Numbered from the stretch's first letter, positions 22,458 to 34,394 are shown. The stretch is DNA of 64,000 nucleotides from Eledone cirrhosa (GCA_964016885.1 OZ024742.1:44516001-44580000); one strand, 5' to 3'. Notes: generated from the letters alone by a model not told the origin. A program made the numbers and translations.

Positions 22458-22880
22458 TCTTCTTCTTCTTCTTCTTCTTCCTGAGAGGGTCGTGGGGGCA
22501 GAGTCCTCAAACACTCCTTCCAGCAGGTCATGTCAGAAGTAACCGTCTCCAACTAATCCAGCTGTATCCCCAAGTGAGACCAGCCAGCTCATGGATGTTA
22601 TTCAACCATCTAGCTCGGTGTCTACCCCTGGGTGTTCTGTCACTTGTTTCTTACCTGTAAGATCTATCCAGCAATTCTTTCCTGAGACATTCTAACCACA
22701 TGTCCATAGTACCGGAGCTGTGATCTCTCAATTCGGAGAAGCAGTGGCTCTACCTGGAGTGACTCTCTGATTTCCAAGTTATGCACTAAGTTGAGTAACA
22801 TTACTCCAAAGACCCTTCAGAGGAACCCCATTTTGGCCACTTGTATTTGTGGTTGTTATCTTTTGGTCATCACTCACGAT
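22458..22880 (-). mobile_element. Decayed RTE-like LINE 3' fragment with (GAA)n tail
   Basis: Minus strand reads SQLRYYGHVVRM and RTPRGRHRARWLNNI-like motifs; (ttc)n at the left end. Confidence 0.65.
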
Positions 22881-23689
22881 TCATGTATTTATGTATTCAT
22901 GGTTTCATTCATTAAAAAAGCTCAACTTCAAGGTGGAATGGCTAAAGTTAAAATAAACAAAAAAAACAAAAAACAGTTGAATTGTCATAGCAACCACACT
23001 ATACAACACCAAGTGAGAAATGTGTGTGTGTGTGTCTCTATGTGTGCATTAGAGTTTTTTCATTATATGTGTAAGTGTGAATATTTTGTGTGACACATGC
23101 TGCATCAATGTTATATCTGTGTTAGTGTGTATGTGGATGAGGGAGGGTACTGGCTGTGGTGGGGAGAGCAGATTAGAGGACAAGGGGGTAAGAACATTTA
23201 AGTGGAGATAGGATGGTGGTGGTTGGGTTTGGATGGTGTGGTCAATAGGTATTTAAGGGCTTTAGAGGGAGAAGCAGCTAAGGAGTGATAGTGGAGGGAG
23301 CATGATGAAGTGGGGAATGTAGTGATGGTAAGGATAGCTGCTAGGGAGTGGTAGTGGGATGAGTGGACATGGGGTTATGTCAGGTCACATTATATGCTGC
23401 CGAGGTTAACTTTGCCTTTCATCCTTACAGGGTCGATAAAATCAAGTACCAGTAATACACTTGGATAATTGCTGGCCTTGTGCCAAATATAGAAACAATT
23501 ATATGCTGTTGGCTGTGACTTCACCAGCACAACATAGCACCAGCCTTCCCAGTCCTTTGTCATCATGTGACATTTAGTTTTTTTAAATCATCTTCACAAC
23601 CTCATCCCAAGTTTTCCTATCATCATCATCATCATCATCTTCATTTAACGTCCATCTTCCATTCTAGCATGGGTTATATATATATATAT

Positions 23690-23900
23690 ATATTTATTAA
23701 AATAACAGATTAAAGTTTAAGCAAAGAATCGCTGCTTTCAACCTTAACGGGATCTTCTGAAGATCCTGTTAAGGGTGAAAGCAACGATTCTTTGCTTAAA
23801 CTTTAATCTGTTATTTTAATAAATATTTGCTCTACGGTTCTTATATATTTATCCTTATCGAGCCCTCTTTGGATTTTAGTCTTCAAATTTATTATTATTA
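23690..23900. mobile_element. Fold-back pLTR cassette (about 67-bp arms plus tail) in (TA)n
   Basis: 23690-23757 is inverted to 23759-23826; family also present at 55807-56250. Confidence 0.75.
23755..23800 (+). ncRNA. Hammerhead motif with stem I truncated by the inversion
   Basis: tt CTGAAGA tcct gtta aggg t GAAA gcaa cgattct ttgc TT aa. Confidence 0.65.
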
Positions 23901-25337
23901 CTATATATATATATATATATATATAATCAGTTCCCGTCCCACCCTTGCAAGCAGGGAAAAGCGGACGTAAAATGAAATGAAATGAAATGAATGTATAATA
24001 AACAATGCAATATAATTACCTCATTACCAGAGGTTTGCCGAATAAGAGGAATACGAAAAACGTCCTCATTCGTTCGTCGGACAAGGCAATTTAAAACATA
24101 GTTATATATTTGAAAAGTCTCCTCAAGAAATGCAAGAGTTTAACGGGCAAAAAATATATAAATAAAAGTAATGCAAGAGATATATAAAAAAATAAGGAAA
24201 TATAGTTAGGGTATGTGTATATGTATGTATATACACTCACAAATGTACATATGTGTGTATGTACAAATGCATGTGTATGGTGAAAATGTGTGCGTAAGTA
24301 CATATATGAGGGCAAGTATATTTGTGTATATGTGACCACAAATACGTATATAATATGAGTTGAAAAAGAAATTGTAAGATAATATAGTTAACACGCATCC
24401 AGATTCAGGTATTAAATACACATACGAGTATGAAAGCACGCGTATAAACACACACACACGCGCGGTCACTCATATGCGGAAGATAAAGAGGGAAGGGAGT
24501 GTAATAGTAAAAAGAAGTGTCATTCTCGATATATGTATAAAAATGAAACAATATATGAGAATGAAAAACATTTTTTAATCAAAGAGAAAGTAATCAATTA
24601 ACACCAGAGAAAAGAAAACAAACATAGGTACGCACGTACACACACATATATATATATAAAAATATTTATACACACAAATACGTACAGACAAAAGCGCATG
24701 CATGCGTACAAACATACACACGAGGCACGTATATATATATATCGCCACATGTATATCTAATCACACGTACGTACGCGACTATATATATATATACATATAT
24801 ACATACACACCCATACATACATATACATATACACACATATACCTACACATACACATACATTCACCCGCATACACACACACGTATAAATAAGTATGTAAAA
24901 AACATAGATATAAAAAGACATAGATATAAAAACACACATACACACACATATATATACGTACGCACGCACACATACGGAGGCGTTCGTATACATATACAGA
25001 ACGTATACACACATAAGCACACTCACACACATAGTTACAGATTATAAACCAGCCGTATGAATAAATGAGTACAAATATAAAATCGGCTGCGAAACAACAG
25101 AATATATCTGGGGTGGAAAACGCAAGTGACATGTAGTATCAGGTAGTGAAAGAAAATGGGGAAGTTAAATGTGGAATGTGAAGATATTAGGTAAGTGAAT
25201 CGAAAAGTAGGGGGGGGGGTTACTGGTGGATGTGAAGTAAAAATAAAAATTAAATTAAAAATAAAGTTAAAAATGAAAGTAAATCAGAAAGAGAAGTCTG
25301 TAAAGAGGATAATTTAAGGAAAGTGAAGAATAAGAGT

Positions 25338-27360
25338 TTATGAAGGATAAGTATCTGAAAGTGAGTTAAGTTTATATGAGCTGGAAAGCAAGTGTGATTT
25401 CATGTGTCGGCAACTGGTGAAAATTTCTGTTTTTGTATTTAGGCAGGTTTTTGGTGATTTAAGTTTCTGTAAAATCCAATATTTTTCACTTATGCAGAGT
25501 GTGCATCTTCTTGTTCCTCTTGCATATTCTTTAGATTGATTCAAAATTGACCAATCCAATTTATATTGGATACCTTGGTCTATCAAATTCCATATTCTGC
25601 TAGCCAGAGCTGTTGTGAATCTTTTTTCTGGATGTCGGAAAGATGCGACATGTGAGTAATAACGCGTTTTGAATTTGTCTTGTGTCATACCCACATATCG
25701 TTCGCTGGTGGCTGGTTGGTTGTTGCTGGTGGCTGGTTGGTTGTTGCTGGTGGCTGGTTGGTTGTTGCTGGTGGCTGGTTGGTTGTTGCTGGTGGCTGGT
25801 TGGTTGTTGCTGGTGGCTGGTTGGTTGTTGCTGATGGTTGTCACTTTAGCCGCATATACAATGGCTTTGGTGTTGCATTTACCTTGTAATGGGCATTCAC
25901 TTTTGACTCTACAGGAGCAATTTTGATGTTCTCTGGGTGATTTCTTATTGATTTAATAGGGGGACCGCAGGAGTAGCTAATTTTGACACAGTTTCTATTG
26001 AAGATCTTATAGTATCTATGTGTTCTAGGGAAATGTTTATCTAAGAGCTCTAGGAATTTTTTGCCTACATTAGTTTTAACTGCTAGAGAGTAGGGGGTGT
26101 GAACCAAATTATTTTTCTTTTCCTATTATTATGTTTAAAAGAGTTAGTATTGTTGGGTATGTACTTAATCGGTTCGCTAAATCCGCTATTTTGAAGGGCT
26201 TTATTATAGTAGGGGATGCCTTATTGAAAATAGCTTCTGAGGAAGAGAGGGTGGAGATCCTACGGCTAATATTAGGGATAAGGTTTTTAAAAACTATAGG
26301 AGGATGGCAAGAGCCTTTATTTATATATTTTAAATTTTCATTAGGTTTATGGTATGGTTTATAAGAAGCAGTAGGCAGATCTAGGTTTATATCTAGAAAA
26401 TTAACATTGGAAAGGTTAGTGTCAATAGTGATTTTAAGATTAAAACTAGCGAAGGTTTTTATTAAGTCTTTCCTTAATCTATCTAAGTTATGGACTATGG
26501 TGGTATGGGAAAGTATTAGACCATCGTCGCGATAAAGCCCCAAAATATGGTTAGGGAATTTTTCTTTAAGTGTGTGTAGAAGGAATACACCGACTAAATC
26601 ACAAACATCAGCACTGTCAAAAGAACCCATTGAGACATCGAATGGGTTCTCTGGGTTAGATTTTTTTACCCAAGTGTCATTATCAGTAAAGAGTGTTTCT
26701 AGCATGCAAGATGACATTCTCTTCAATATCAGAAATATTTGTAAACGTTCTAGCGAAATTTAAGGCTTTCGCTAAAAGAGTCTGAGTGATAGACGGGTAG
26801 AAATCTACAATGTCAAATTGGGTGAATCTAGAACTATTTTTATCTTTAATATTATTAAACCAATGTACTACGGAAGAGCTATTTATCCATTGGAGTAATT
26901 CAGACTTACTTCTAATCTGTGTGTTTATATTATTTAAAATTTTTTTGCTGGCAAGACCGATATCAGTCTTAACAGGATTGATTAATCTACAACTCGGACG
27001 ATTAATAAAGTCAGGTTTGTGATCTTTAAGGGTGATATATGCATTACGTTTAGCAAGTTTTTCTGTCCTATTATCTATTTTTAAAGAACTAGCTAATTCT
27101 TTAGCTTCCTTATTTATATTATTATACGTGTTTATATTAGCTATTTGGTATTTAGAGGTGATGTTATCTATTAAGAGTTGGTCATGTAAATTATTATTAA
27201 CTTCGGATAAGTTTTTAGTTTTGTCGGAGAAAATGAACTTATTTTTAGAAGATTTGAATATTGAAATATCATTAGATAGTTTAGATTGAAAAGGGTTAGA
27301 GTACTTACGAAAATTGATATTGTTGATTAGATTAACTAAGTCTAGTTCAAAAGCGGTCAT
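25338..27360 (-). pseudogene. PLE RT-GIY-YIG polyprotein, at least three frameshifts
   Basis: Consecutive ORFs 26683-27384, 26109-26726, 25841-26107 and 25338-25844. Confidence 0.85.
25704..25833. repeat. 21-bp tandem repeat, 6 copies, in frame (SNNQPAT) inside the GIY-YIG domain
   Basis: gctggtggctggttggttgtt x6. Confidence 0.95.
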
Positions 27361-27547
27361 ATCTGTGAGTGTATATACATACATATTTGTGAGTGTATAT
27401 ATACATGCATATACACATACCCTAACTATATTTCCTTATTTTTGTATATATCTCTTGCATTACTTTTATTTATATATTTTTTGCCCGTTAAACTCTTGCA
27501 TTTCTTGAGGAGACTTTTCAAATATTTAACTATGTTTTAAATTGCCT

Positions 27548-27620
27548 TGTCCGACGAACGAATGAGGACGCTTTTCGTATTCGTCTTATTCGGGAAACCT
27601 CTGGTAATGAGGTAATTATA
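27548..27620 (+). ncRNA. Hammerhead-like motif in pLTR (variant core CCGACGA, weak stem I)
   Basis: CCGACGA a cgaatgaggacg..cgtcttattcg g GAAA cctc tggtaat gagg TA; the inverted copy at 24012-24083 has GAAA changed to CAAA. Confidence 0.5.
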
Positions 27621-27732
27621 TTGTATTGTTTATTAAATTTTGCTCTGGTACTTACATAGAGCACTCTTCACTCCTATGACTTTTTCAATTTTCAACGGAA
27701 ACTTCAATACTTATATATATATATATATATAA

Positions 27733-27800
<68 letters not shown>

Positions 27801-27804
<4 letters not shown>

Positions 27805-27998
27805 GTATGTATAGTATATTTGGCAATATACTGTATGTTTAATTAAAAACATTTTGAAGACCATTCGCTATGAGTTTTAAAGTAGTGACTATGTCACTTA
27901 CTTATTATCGGCAAAATGTTTTTAATTAAACATACAGTATATTGCCAAATACACTATACATACATTCATGTATACATCACTATTTCAGAGCACCAGTA

Positions 27999-28000
<2 letters not shown>
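27801..28000. repeat. Fold-back cassette (about 54-bp arms, about 55-nt spacer, tail) in (TA)n
   Basis: aatgtatgtatagtatatttggcaatatactg.. / ..cagtatattgccaaatacactatacatacatt. Confidence 0.8.
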
Positions 28001-28052
<52 letters not shown>

Positions 28053-28053
28053 T

Positions 28054-28074
28054 ATTGCATTTTCAATTTCTTTT

Positions 28075-28111
<37 letters not shown>

Positions 28112-28270
28112 AGGAAAAGAAATTGAAAATGCAACTGGAGTCTTTTTAAGAATATTTATTTATTTATTTAGTGTATTAAGGAAATAAATAAATATTCTTA
28201 AAAAGACTCCAGTTGCATTTTCAATTTCTTTTACGTATACTTTCACCCATGTAGGACACCTCATGTTTTT
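28054..28270. repeat. Nested inverted repeats around (TA)n
   Basis: ttgcattttcaatttctttt occurs three times in alternating orientation; 28116-28232 is a hairpin with about 50-bp arms. Confidence 0.75.
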
Positions 28271-28736
28271 ATTTTTAAAAATCTCATAAGAATCTAAACT
28301 ATAATAAAGTAAGAGTCGCGGGACTGTGTACAGTTTATAATTTGTTATCCCATTAGTAAAATAAGTTGGATTACTTTGAATAAATAATGAATGACTATTA
28401 CATAATTTATCTACTAAATTTCGTGGCTGTTCATTAAATATATTTTATTATTTATTTAAAAATTCACTTCTTTAAAATTTTCAAATGTCAACACTTCCGG
28501 CGGCGATCACTTAAATAAACATATTAATTTTCTGTCACTAATTTTCTCCTAATGCAGTTTATATATAATATCGTCTTTTTTTTCATGTATCATGGATTAC
28601 GTTACTGATTACATAAGACAGTGTAACACAGTCTTCGTTCAATTTCTGTGTATATTGTCAATTACGATTTTATCTGATGTATCATATCTACATGTATATA
28701 TACTTGCGTATAATATCAATATACACACTACACATG

Positions 28737-28832
28737 CTAGCAGAAAACCACCTGAAGGGTGGTTTTTCTGCTAGTAACATTAAGAAAGATGCTGTGATTA
28801 CATAAAGCCTTATGTAATCACAGCATCTTTTT
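28737..28832. repeat. Two adjacent hairpins
   Basis: ctagcagaaaaccacc/ggtggtttttctgctag and aaagatgctgtgattacataa/ttatgtaatcacagcatcttt. Confidence 0.75.
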
Positions 28833-29059
28833 TATACTGAATTTCCATCGTAACTACACACTACGAACCTAGAGAGCTTTCTCCTGCTTGATCCTGTTTT
28901 TTACCAAAACAAGTTTTTTACTGAACATATATATATATACATATACCTATCCATCTGATGCATATAGAAGCTAGTAGCTGGATGAAAAAAGGCTGAAAAA
29001 CCCCAGTAGTTTGGATCCATGGAAGAAGTGGCTGCAGGAAAACTTGGGATATATATATA

Positions 29060-29136
29060 CAGGGTGTGGCAGAAAAACCTCCCATATTTTACATGGTCAA
29101 CCCTTAAAATGTGGGAGGTATTTTTGTCACACCCTG
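29060..29136. mobile_element. Tiny Tc1/mariner-type MITE
   Basis: TA|cagggtgtggcagaaaa..tttttgtcacaccctg|TA. Confidence 0.75.
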
Positions 29137-29327
29137 TATATATAGTTGGCAGCACCAGCTCACTTCTGAGTATTTGTTTCTTTCTAGATGCAACTCAAAT
29201 TTGCTACCATGATATCTATAATGAACATGACTGGACACTTCTAGGTTGCCATGGAATAGCTGTTGGCATATGCTGCATAAGTGTCTAGGAGGAGGGTAAA
29301 GCAATGAATATCATTATCCTCCTCCTC

Positions 29328-29700
29328 CTCATCATCATCACTGTTTAACATCCATTTTCCACGCTAGCATGGGTTAGATGAGTTTTCCCGTTGTGAGACA
29401 ATCCAGGTTAAATGACGATGTCATGCTCACACAGAACTGATTTCGGCTTGGTTTCTACAGCTCGATGCTCTTCCTAATACCAACTACATTTACAGTGTGA
29501 ACTGGGTGCTTTTTGTCAAGACACCGACATGACTACTTTACAGTGTGGGCTGGTCACTTTTTGTTGTGTCCCCAACACTACCACTTTACAGAGTGGGTAG
29601 GGTACTTTTTGTCATGACACATACATGACCACTTTACGATGTAGATTGGACACTTTTTGTTGTGGCACCAAAACGACCACTCTGCAGTGTGAACTGGGGA
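29328..29700 (-). mobile_element. RTE 3'UTR-derived fragment with about five tandem copies of the actttacagtgtg module
   Basis: (cat)n tail, ccacgctagcatgggttaga, repeated actttacagtgtg..ttttt units. Confidence 0.7.
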
Positions 29701-30469
29701 TTTGGATGGGGGTAGGTACGTGGGGATTGGGAAGGTAGATCTAAGGACATAAGTGAGGGGTGGAGTGTTAGGACGTGGGTGGGGTGTTACAAATATATAT
29801 ATATTTATATAAATGATGATTTCTTTCAAATGAAACAGTTCTAGCCCTGTAGAAGCCATTTCTATATTAAATATTGTATATACTCTACTATGTATTGAGT
29901 ACTTTACTTATTGATTGAACTGGAGACACACACACACAAACACACACATACACACACATATATATTGTTATTTTTTATGTCCACCTTTCTATGCTTGCAT
30001 GTGTTGGCTGAGTTGTTTCCAACACAGCTACTTGTTGCATTCCTTTTACTCTTCTGTGAGCTTTAGCATTTAGAGATTTGCTCTCCCTACATCTGCCATT
30101 AGATTACATGTAGAAAATGATTGTTTTTTCTTGTTAAGCTTAAATGACTTAGGGTATAGATATTTTTTTATAAATTTCCATATATACACATTAATTAGCA
30201 AACATACACTTATTTTTAATTACTGACACATACCCACACATGCACAGACACTGACATACACACACACTTATTTATATACATGTATGTATGTCTGGTCCCA
30301 TAACTTCTAATAGAGTCGTAGAGGCACCACATTGACATTTGGCATTTCTAGGGTATTTTAAGCCTGGCAGAGCCCATCCCTCTCCAGGCCTGAGTACAGC
30401 AGATTTATTCCAGAGAGAGATAGAAAGTGAGAGAGAGGAAATGAGAAAGAGGTATAGAGGAAGAATCGA

Positions 30470-30620
30470 CCCCAGTACTGGACTGGTACTTTTTTTATCG
30501 ACCTTGAAAGGATGAAAGGCAAAGTTGACCTTGGCAGGATTTGAACTCAAAGAGCAGAGAGCCGGAATGAATACCATAAAACATTCTATGCAACGTTCTA
30601 ACGACTCTGCCAATTCAGCA
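30470..30620 (-). mobile_element. Meta-like SINE
   Basis: ggatgaaaggcaaagttgaccttggcaggatttgaactc. Confidence 0.75.
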
Positions 30621-31143
30621 CCTATTTATATATATACACACATGTAATAAAAGGCTTGTATGTACATATACGAATTCATAGACCTCTAAATATCCACATA
30701 TCTACATATCTACACACAAACACACACACACTCATTTATACACATGCATCACACAAAGAATGACAGGCTCACAAATATACACACACATTTACATATGAAC
30801 ACACACAAACACCTAATGCATATATATGTATTTATTATACATACATCCTCACAGGAAGAGGCAATCTATATTATAATGAGAGTCATCTCTGTTCATCTGA
30901 CACACACCACACTGCTAATCTAACTAAATCGTTCTATTTGCTTCTAAAGAAGCAAATAGAACGTTATTGCCAGAATAGAGATGGACACACATTGACAAGC
31001 TTATATAAATTCCAATAAATGTATTACAGATACATGTGATTGTATTTATTGAGTAAAAGAAATAGAAAAATAAAAGGACTAACAACAAAACAGTAATATT
31101 TCTTTATTATATATATATTTTTATTGTAAGTATGCATGCGTAC

Positions 31144-31187
<44 letters not shown>

Positions 31188-31278
31188 GTATTTAAAACTT
31201 AAACAGAAATAACAACACAATCAGTACAGTATATAGAAGGAATATATTAGTGTAACGCTTGAAATAGCAGGAAGAGGG

Positions 31279-31314
31279 TCTTAACGTTTCGGATGCTAGT
31301 CCTTCATCAGAAGA
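31279..31314 (-). ncRNA. Minimal hammerhead ribozyme, antisense to DIRAS
   Basis: Minus strand: tctt CTGATGA a gga ctagca tcc GAAA cg TT aaga. Confidence 0.75.
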
Positions 31315-31426
31315 AAGAATGAGAAATTAAGATAGGTTGAAGGGACGTGCGGGGTGGAATTGGAAAAGATGTCTTTAGATAAAAAGAACAGGTCCATTCA
31401 TGTTGCCATCTCTTGAAAAACTTATA

Positions 31427-31458
<32 letters not shown>

Positions 31459-31619
31459 GACACACACACACATATATACATATAGATATATATGCATGAG
31501 TTAATAATAAACAAACATTAATAATAATATTCGATTCATTTGTAAACAAATGGCCCAATAGAAGCTGTGCTGTGCCGATGACCAATCATCATCTGTTTGT
31601 TCAACACTGGCATTGAGGA

Positions 31620-31662
31620 ACAATCAACATGTTTCTGGGTCATTACCCTTCATCAGGACTGT
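31620..31662 (-). ncRNA. Minimal hammerhead ribozyme, antisense to DIRAS, within pLTR remnant 31510-31730
   Basis: Minus strand: acagtc CTGATGA a gggt aatg accc a GAAA catg TT gattgt; 6-bp stem I and palindromic stem III. Confidence 0.8.
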
Positions 31663-31800
31663 ATACTTCTACCAGTCTGTTGAACGGTTGAAAATATATA
31701 GTATTTTCTTAAGTACACATTGGCTGAGTAATCTCATTTGCATTATTGTTTTGTTATATATATATTGTTGTTGTTTTATTATTGTTCTATTATATAAATA

Positions 31801-31829
31801 TTGTTCTTGTTTTTTCTTTGTTATTGCAG
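31801..31829 (+). promoter_or_regulatory. 3' splice acceptor of the DIRAS coding exon
   Basis: ttgttcttgttttttctttgttattgcag|G, 33 nt before the ATG; composition switches from AT-rich to coding-like at this point. Confidence 0.85.
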
Positions 31830-31862
31830 GCATCGAAGGATCGATCGGTGCGGCTTAGAGTG

Positions 31863-32459
31863 ATGCCAGAACAAAGCAACGATTACAGAGTGGTAGTATT
31901 TGGAGCTGGAGGTGTTGGTAAGAGTTCCCTTGTTCTCAGGTTTGTACGCGGAACATTCCGCGAGAGCTACATACCGACTATTGAAGACACTTATCGTCAA
32001 GTGATCAGCTGCAACAAACAAGTGTGCACGCTGCAAATCACGGATACAACTGGCAGCCACCAGTTTCCCGCCATGCAGCGCCTGTCCATATCGAAAGGAC
32101 ACGCCTTTATTTTGGTCTACTCTATCACAAGCAGGCAATCGCTCGAAGAGCTAAAGCCAATATTCAGTGAGATCACAGAGATTAAAGGAGATGTCGACAG
32201 CATTCCGATCATGCTGGTGGGCAACAAGTGCGATGAAACTAGCCGCGAGGTAACTCAGAATGTAGGAGCTGAACTGGCCAAACGCTGGAACTGTGCCTAT
32301 CTCGAGACTTCAGCAAAGACAAATCACAACGTGAAGGAACTATTTCAAGAACTGTTGCAGCTGGAGAAGAGGCGAACCATGAGTCTGCAACTGGAGACGA
32401 AGAAAACAAAATCCCAGAAACGCAAGGAGAAATTAAAGGGAAAATGCGTTGTCATGTAA
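31863..32459 (+). CDS. DIRAS: GTP-binding protein Di-Ras (DIRAS1/2-like small GTPase), 198 aa, single coding exon
   Basis: [22 protein letters not shown]-terminus, PTIEDTY effector region, DTTGSHQF (Di-Ras-type G3), NKCD, ETSAK, polybasic tail and CAAX box CVVM. The ORF-track extension from 31746 crosses a polypyrimidine tract/CAG acceptor and is not coding. Confidence 0.97.
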   Translation: MPEQSNDYRVVVFGAGGVGKSSLVLRFVRGTFRESYIPTIEDTYRQVISCNKQVCTLQITDTTGSHQFPAMQRLSISKGHAFILVYSITSRQSLEELKPIFSEITEIKGDVDSIPIMLVGNKCDETSREVTQNVGAELAKRWNCAYLETSAKTNHNVKELFQELLQLEKRRTMSLQLETKKTKSQKRKEKLKGKCVVM

Positions 32460-32523
32460 AACCACAACAGCAACAGCAAAAATTGAAAAATCAAATCAAA
32501 GAAGGATATGATTATGTAACTAT

Positions 32524-32605
<82 letters not shown>

Positions 32606-32884
32606 CATGCATACATATATATACATATGCATACATATAAATATATGCATATGTATGTAATTGTATGTATACCTAAATGAAAATGAAATGAAAAAATAGA
32701 TAGGTGATTTGTTTAATGCTGAGGAAAAATATTACTGGAGTTAATATTTTTATCGAATAATCAAGAAATACATCCAGCAGGTATTCATTATACATACACA
32801 TGTACACATACACCTACTGATAGAAATGATACTGAAAGCCAATCAAGGGCAGAGACCTTTCTCTATTATTAGATACAAAATGGT

Positions 32885-33097
32885 GGTGGATTGGCAGTAT
32901 TAGTAGAATGTCAGACACCCTACTTCATGGCATAGAGGTAGGTACATTCTGAGTTCGAATCCCACCGAGGTTAGCTTTGCCTTCCATACTTACGGGAGTT
33001 GATAAAATAAAGCACCAGTAATGCACTGGGATTGATTTAATCAACTTCCCCTTCCTCTCAAATTGTTGGCTTTGTGCCTAAATAAGAAACCATTATT
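32885..33097 (+). mobile_element. Meta-like SINE downstream of the DIRAS stop codon
   Basis: gagttcgaatcccaccgaggttagctttgccttccat..gataaaataaagcaccag..ttgtgcctaaataagaaaccattatt. Confidence 0.8.
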
Positions 33098-33287
33098 GGA
33101 TACAAATGTTTTACTTTAAATAACAGTCCCAATAGTAGTAATACTAGGAAAATCTTCTCTGCTCCTTATGGTCTTCCAGTCTTATTTCTATCGGTATACT
33201 CCAAAAAAGGGTGCTTCAAAAAGGAAAGCCTCTACTTACATAACATTTCAATATATATATACACAAGCATATACATATATATATATA

Positions 33288-33363
33288 AAGGGTGTCCCAA
33301 AAATGTATACATACTTCAACATCATTTGTGTATACATGTGTATACATTTTTTGGGACACCCAG
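33288..33363. mobile_element. Tiny Tc1/mariner-type MITE
   Basis: gggtgtcccaaaaatgtataca / tgtatacatttttgggacaccc in a TA context. Confidence 0.7.
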
Positions 33364-33391
33364 TATATATATATATATATGTGTGTGTATG

Positions 33392-33430
<39 letters not shown>

Positions 33431-33488
33431 ACAAATTTGGTATAAAAATCCAAGGGTTTAGAGCACCCAGTCCATAGGATGAGTTAAG

Positions 33489-34077
33489 TATAATTGGTTA
33501 CAGCAGTGACATGTACAAGTACTTAAGTTTCGTTGGGTTGTTTTCCCCAACTCATTCAGACTGTCAGAAAAATGGCTTTCCACCATGAAAATTTTAGAAA
33601 TTATAGGGGAGTTCTAAGAGTAGGTAATCCTGAAATTATCTATAAATTGATAAATAGCTTAAATAAAGGGTCGTAATTATTAAAAAAAAGTCCAAGGCAG
33701 GCAACTTGTGTTTCACAGGGAGCCCAGGGGTTAAACTAAAAAGTCCAAGAAAATAAATTCAATTAATCTAGTCGAGGCCGTTTTTTCAGATCCAGCCACT
33801 ACGTCAATGGGACAAAATTTTGTCAGCTGTGTAACCCAGAGAAATGGAATATACTCTTACAACTGGTTTCAGGGAAACACTGCTTAAATACAAACCTCAA
33901 CTGCTTCAATTGCTGTCCTTATGAAGCAAAATTTGTTCTGAAAATGGTCTAGACCAGATTAATTCAATTTATTTTCTTCAACATTTCAATTTAACCCCTG
34001 GGCTTTCTGTGAAACACAAGTTACCTGCTTTGGGATATCTTAAGTGCCTGTACATGACACTTTTGTAACTAATTATA
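33489..34077. mobile_element. Old fold-back DNA element with long degenerate TIRs
   Basis: gtgacatgtacaagtacttaag / cttaagtgcctgtacatgacac and aacttgtgtttcacag..ggggttaaa / tttaacccc..ctgtgaaacacaagtt. Confidence 0.65.
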
Positions 34078-34394
34078 TATATATATGTTTGTGTGTGCAT
34101 ATATATATATATAATTATCATTATTATTATTACTTAATTTACGTTTATGCATAGAACAAATAAGTGCTACCTTGGGTTTCAAAGTTCAGTTATGGACAAC
34201 TCTTCAGATTGTGCACAGTGGTACAGAATGCATGGAGGAGCGACCAAATTTGTAACCTAGTCCTCACATGTATATATATATATTATTATTATTATTATTA
34301 TTATTATTATGATAATCAATGCTGGCTGATTCAATCAATCGACCAACAATACTGTAATCAGTTGGAAGCTCTTGACGTCTTGGATGCTACAAGG

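Larger units (their letters stand above)
23995..27710 (-). mobile_element. Penelope-like element (RT + C-terminal GIY-YIG), 5'-truncated, with inverted pLTRs
   Basis: Frameshifted ORFs 27384-25338: FDIVDFYPSI, MGSFDSADVCDLVG, GLYRDDG, NFLD, IVY..YVG; 23995-24250 is inverted to 27380-27635. Confidence 0.9.

Noticed and set aside
28490-28510. cacttccggcggcg as an ETS-type DIRAS promoter
   Set aside because: A single short motif, with no supporting exon or donor evidence.
31746-31862. Hydrophobic N-terminal extension of DIRAS in the ORF track
   Set aside because: Non-ATG start that reads through a polypyrimidine tract and acceptor; family homology begins at MPEQ.
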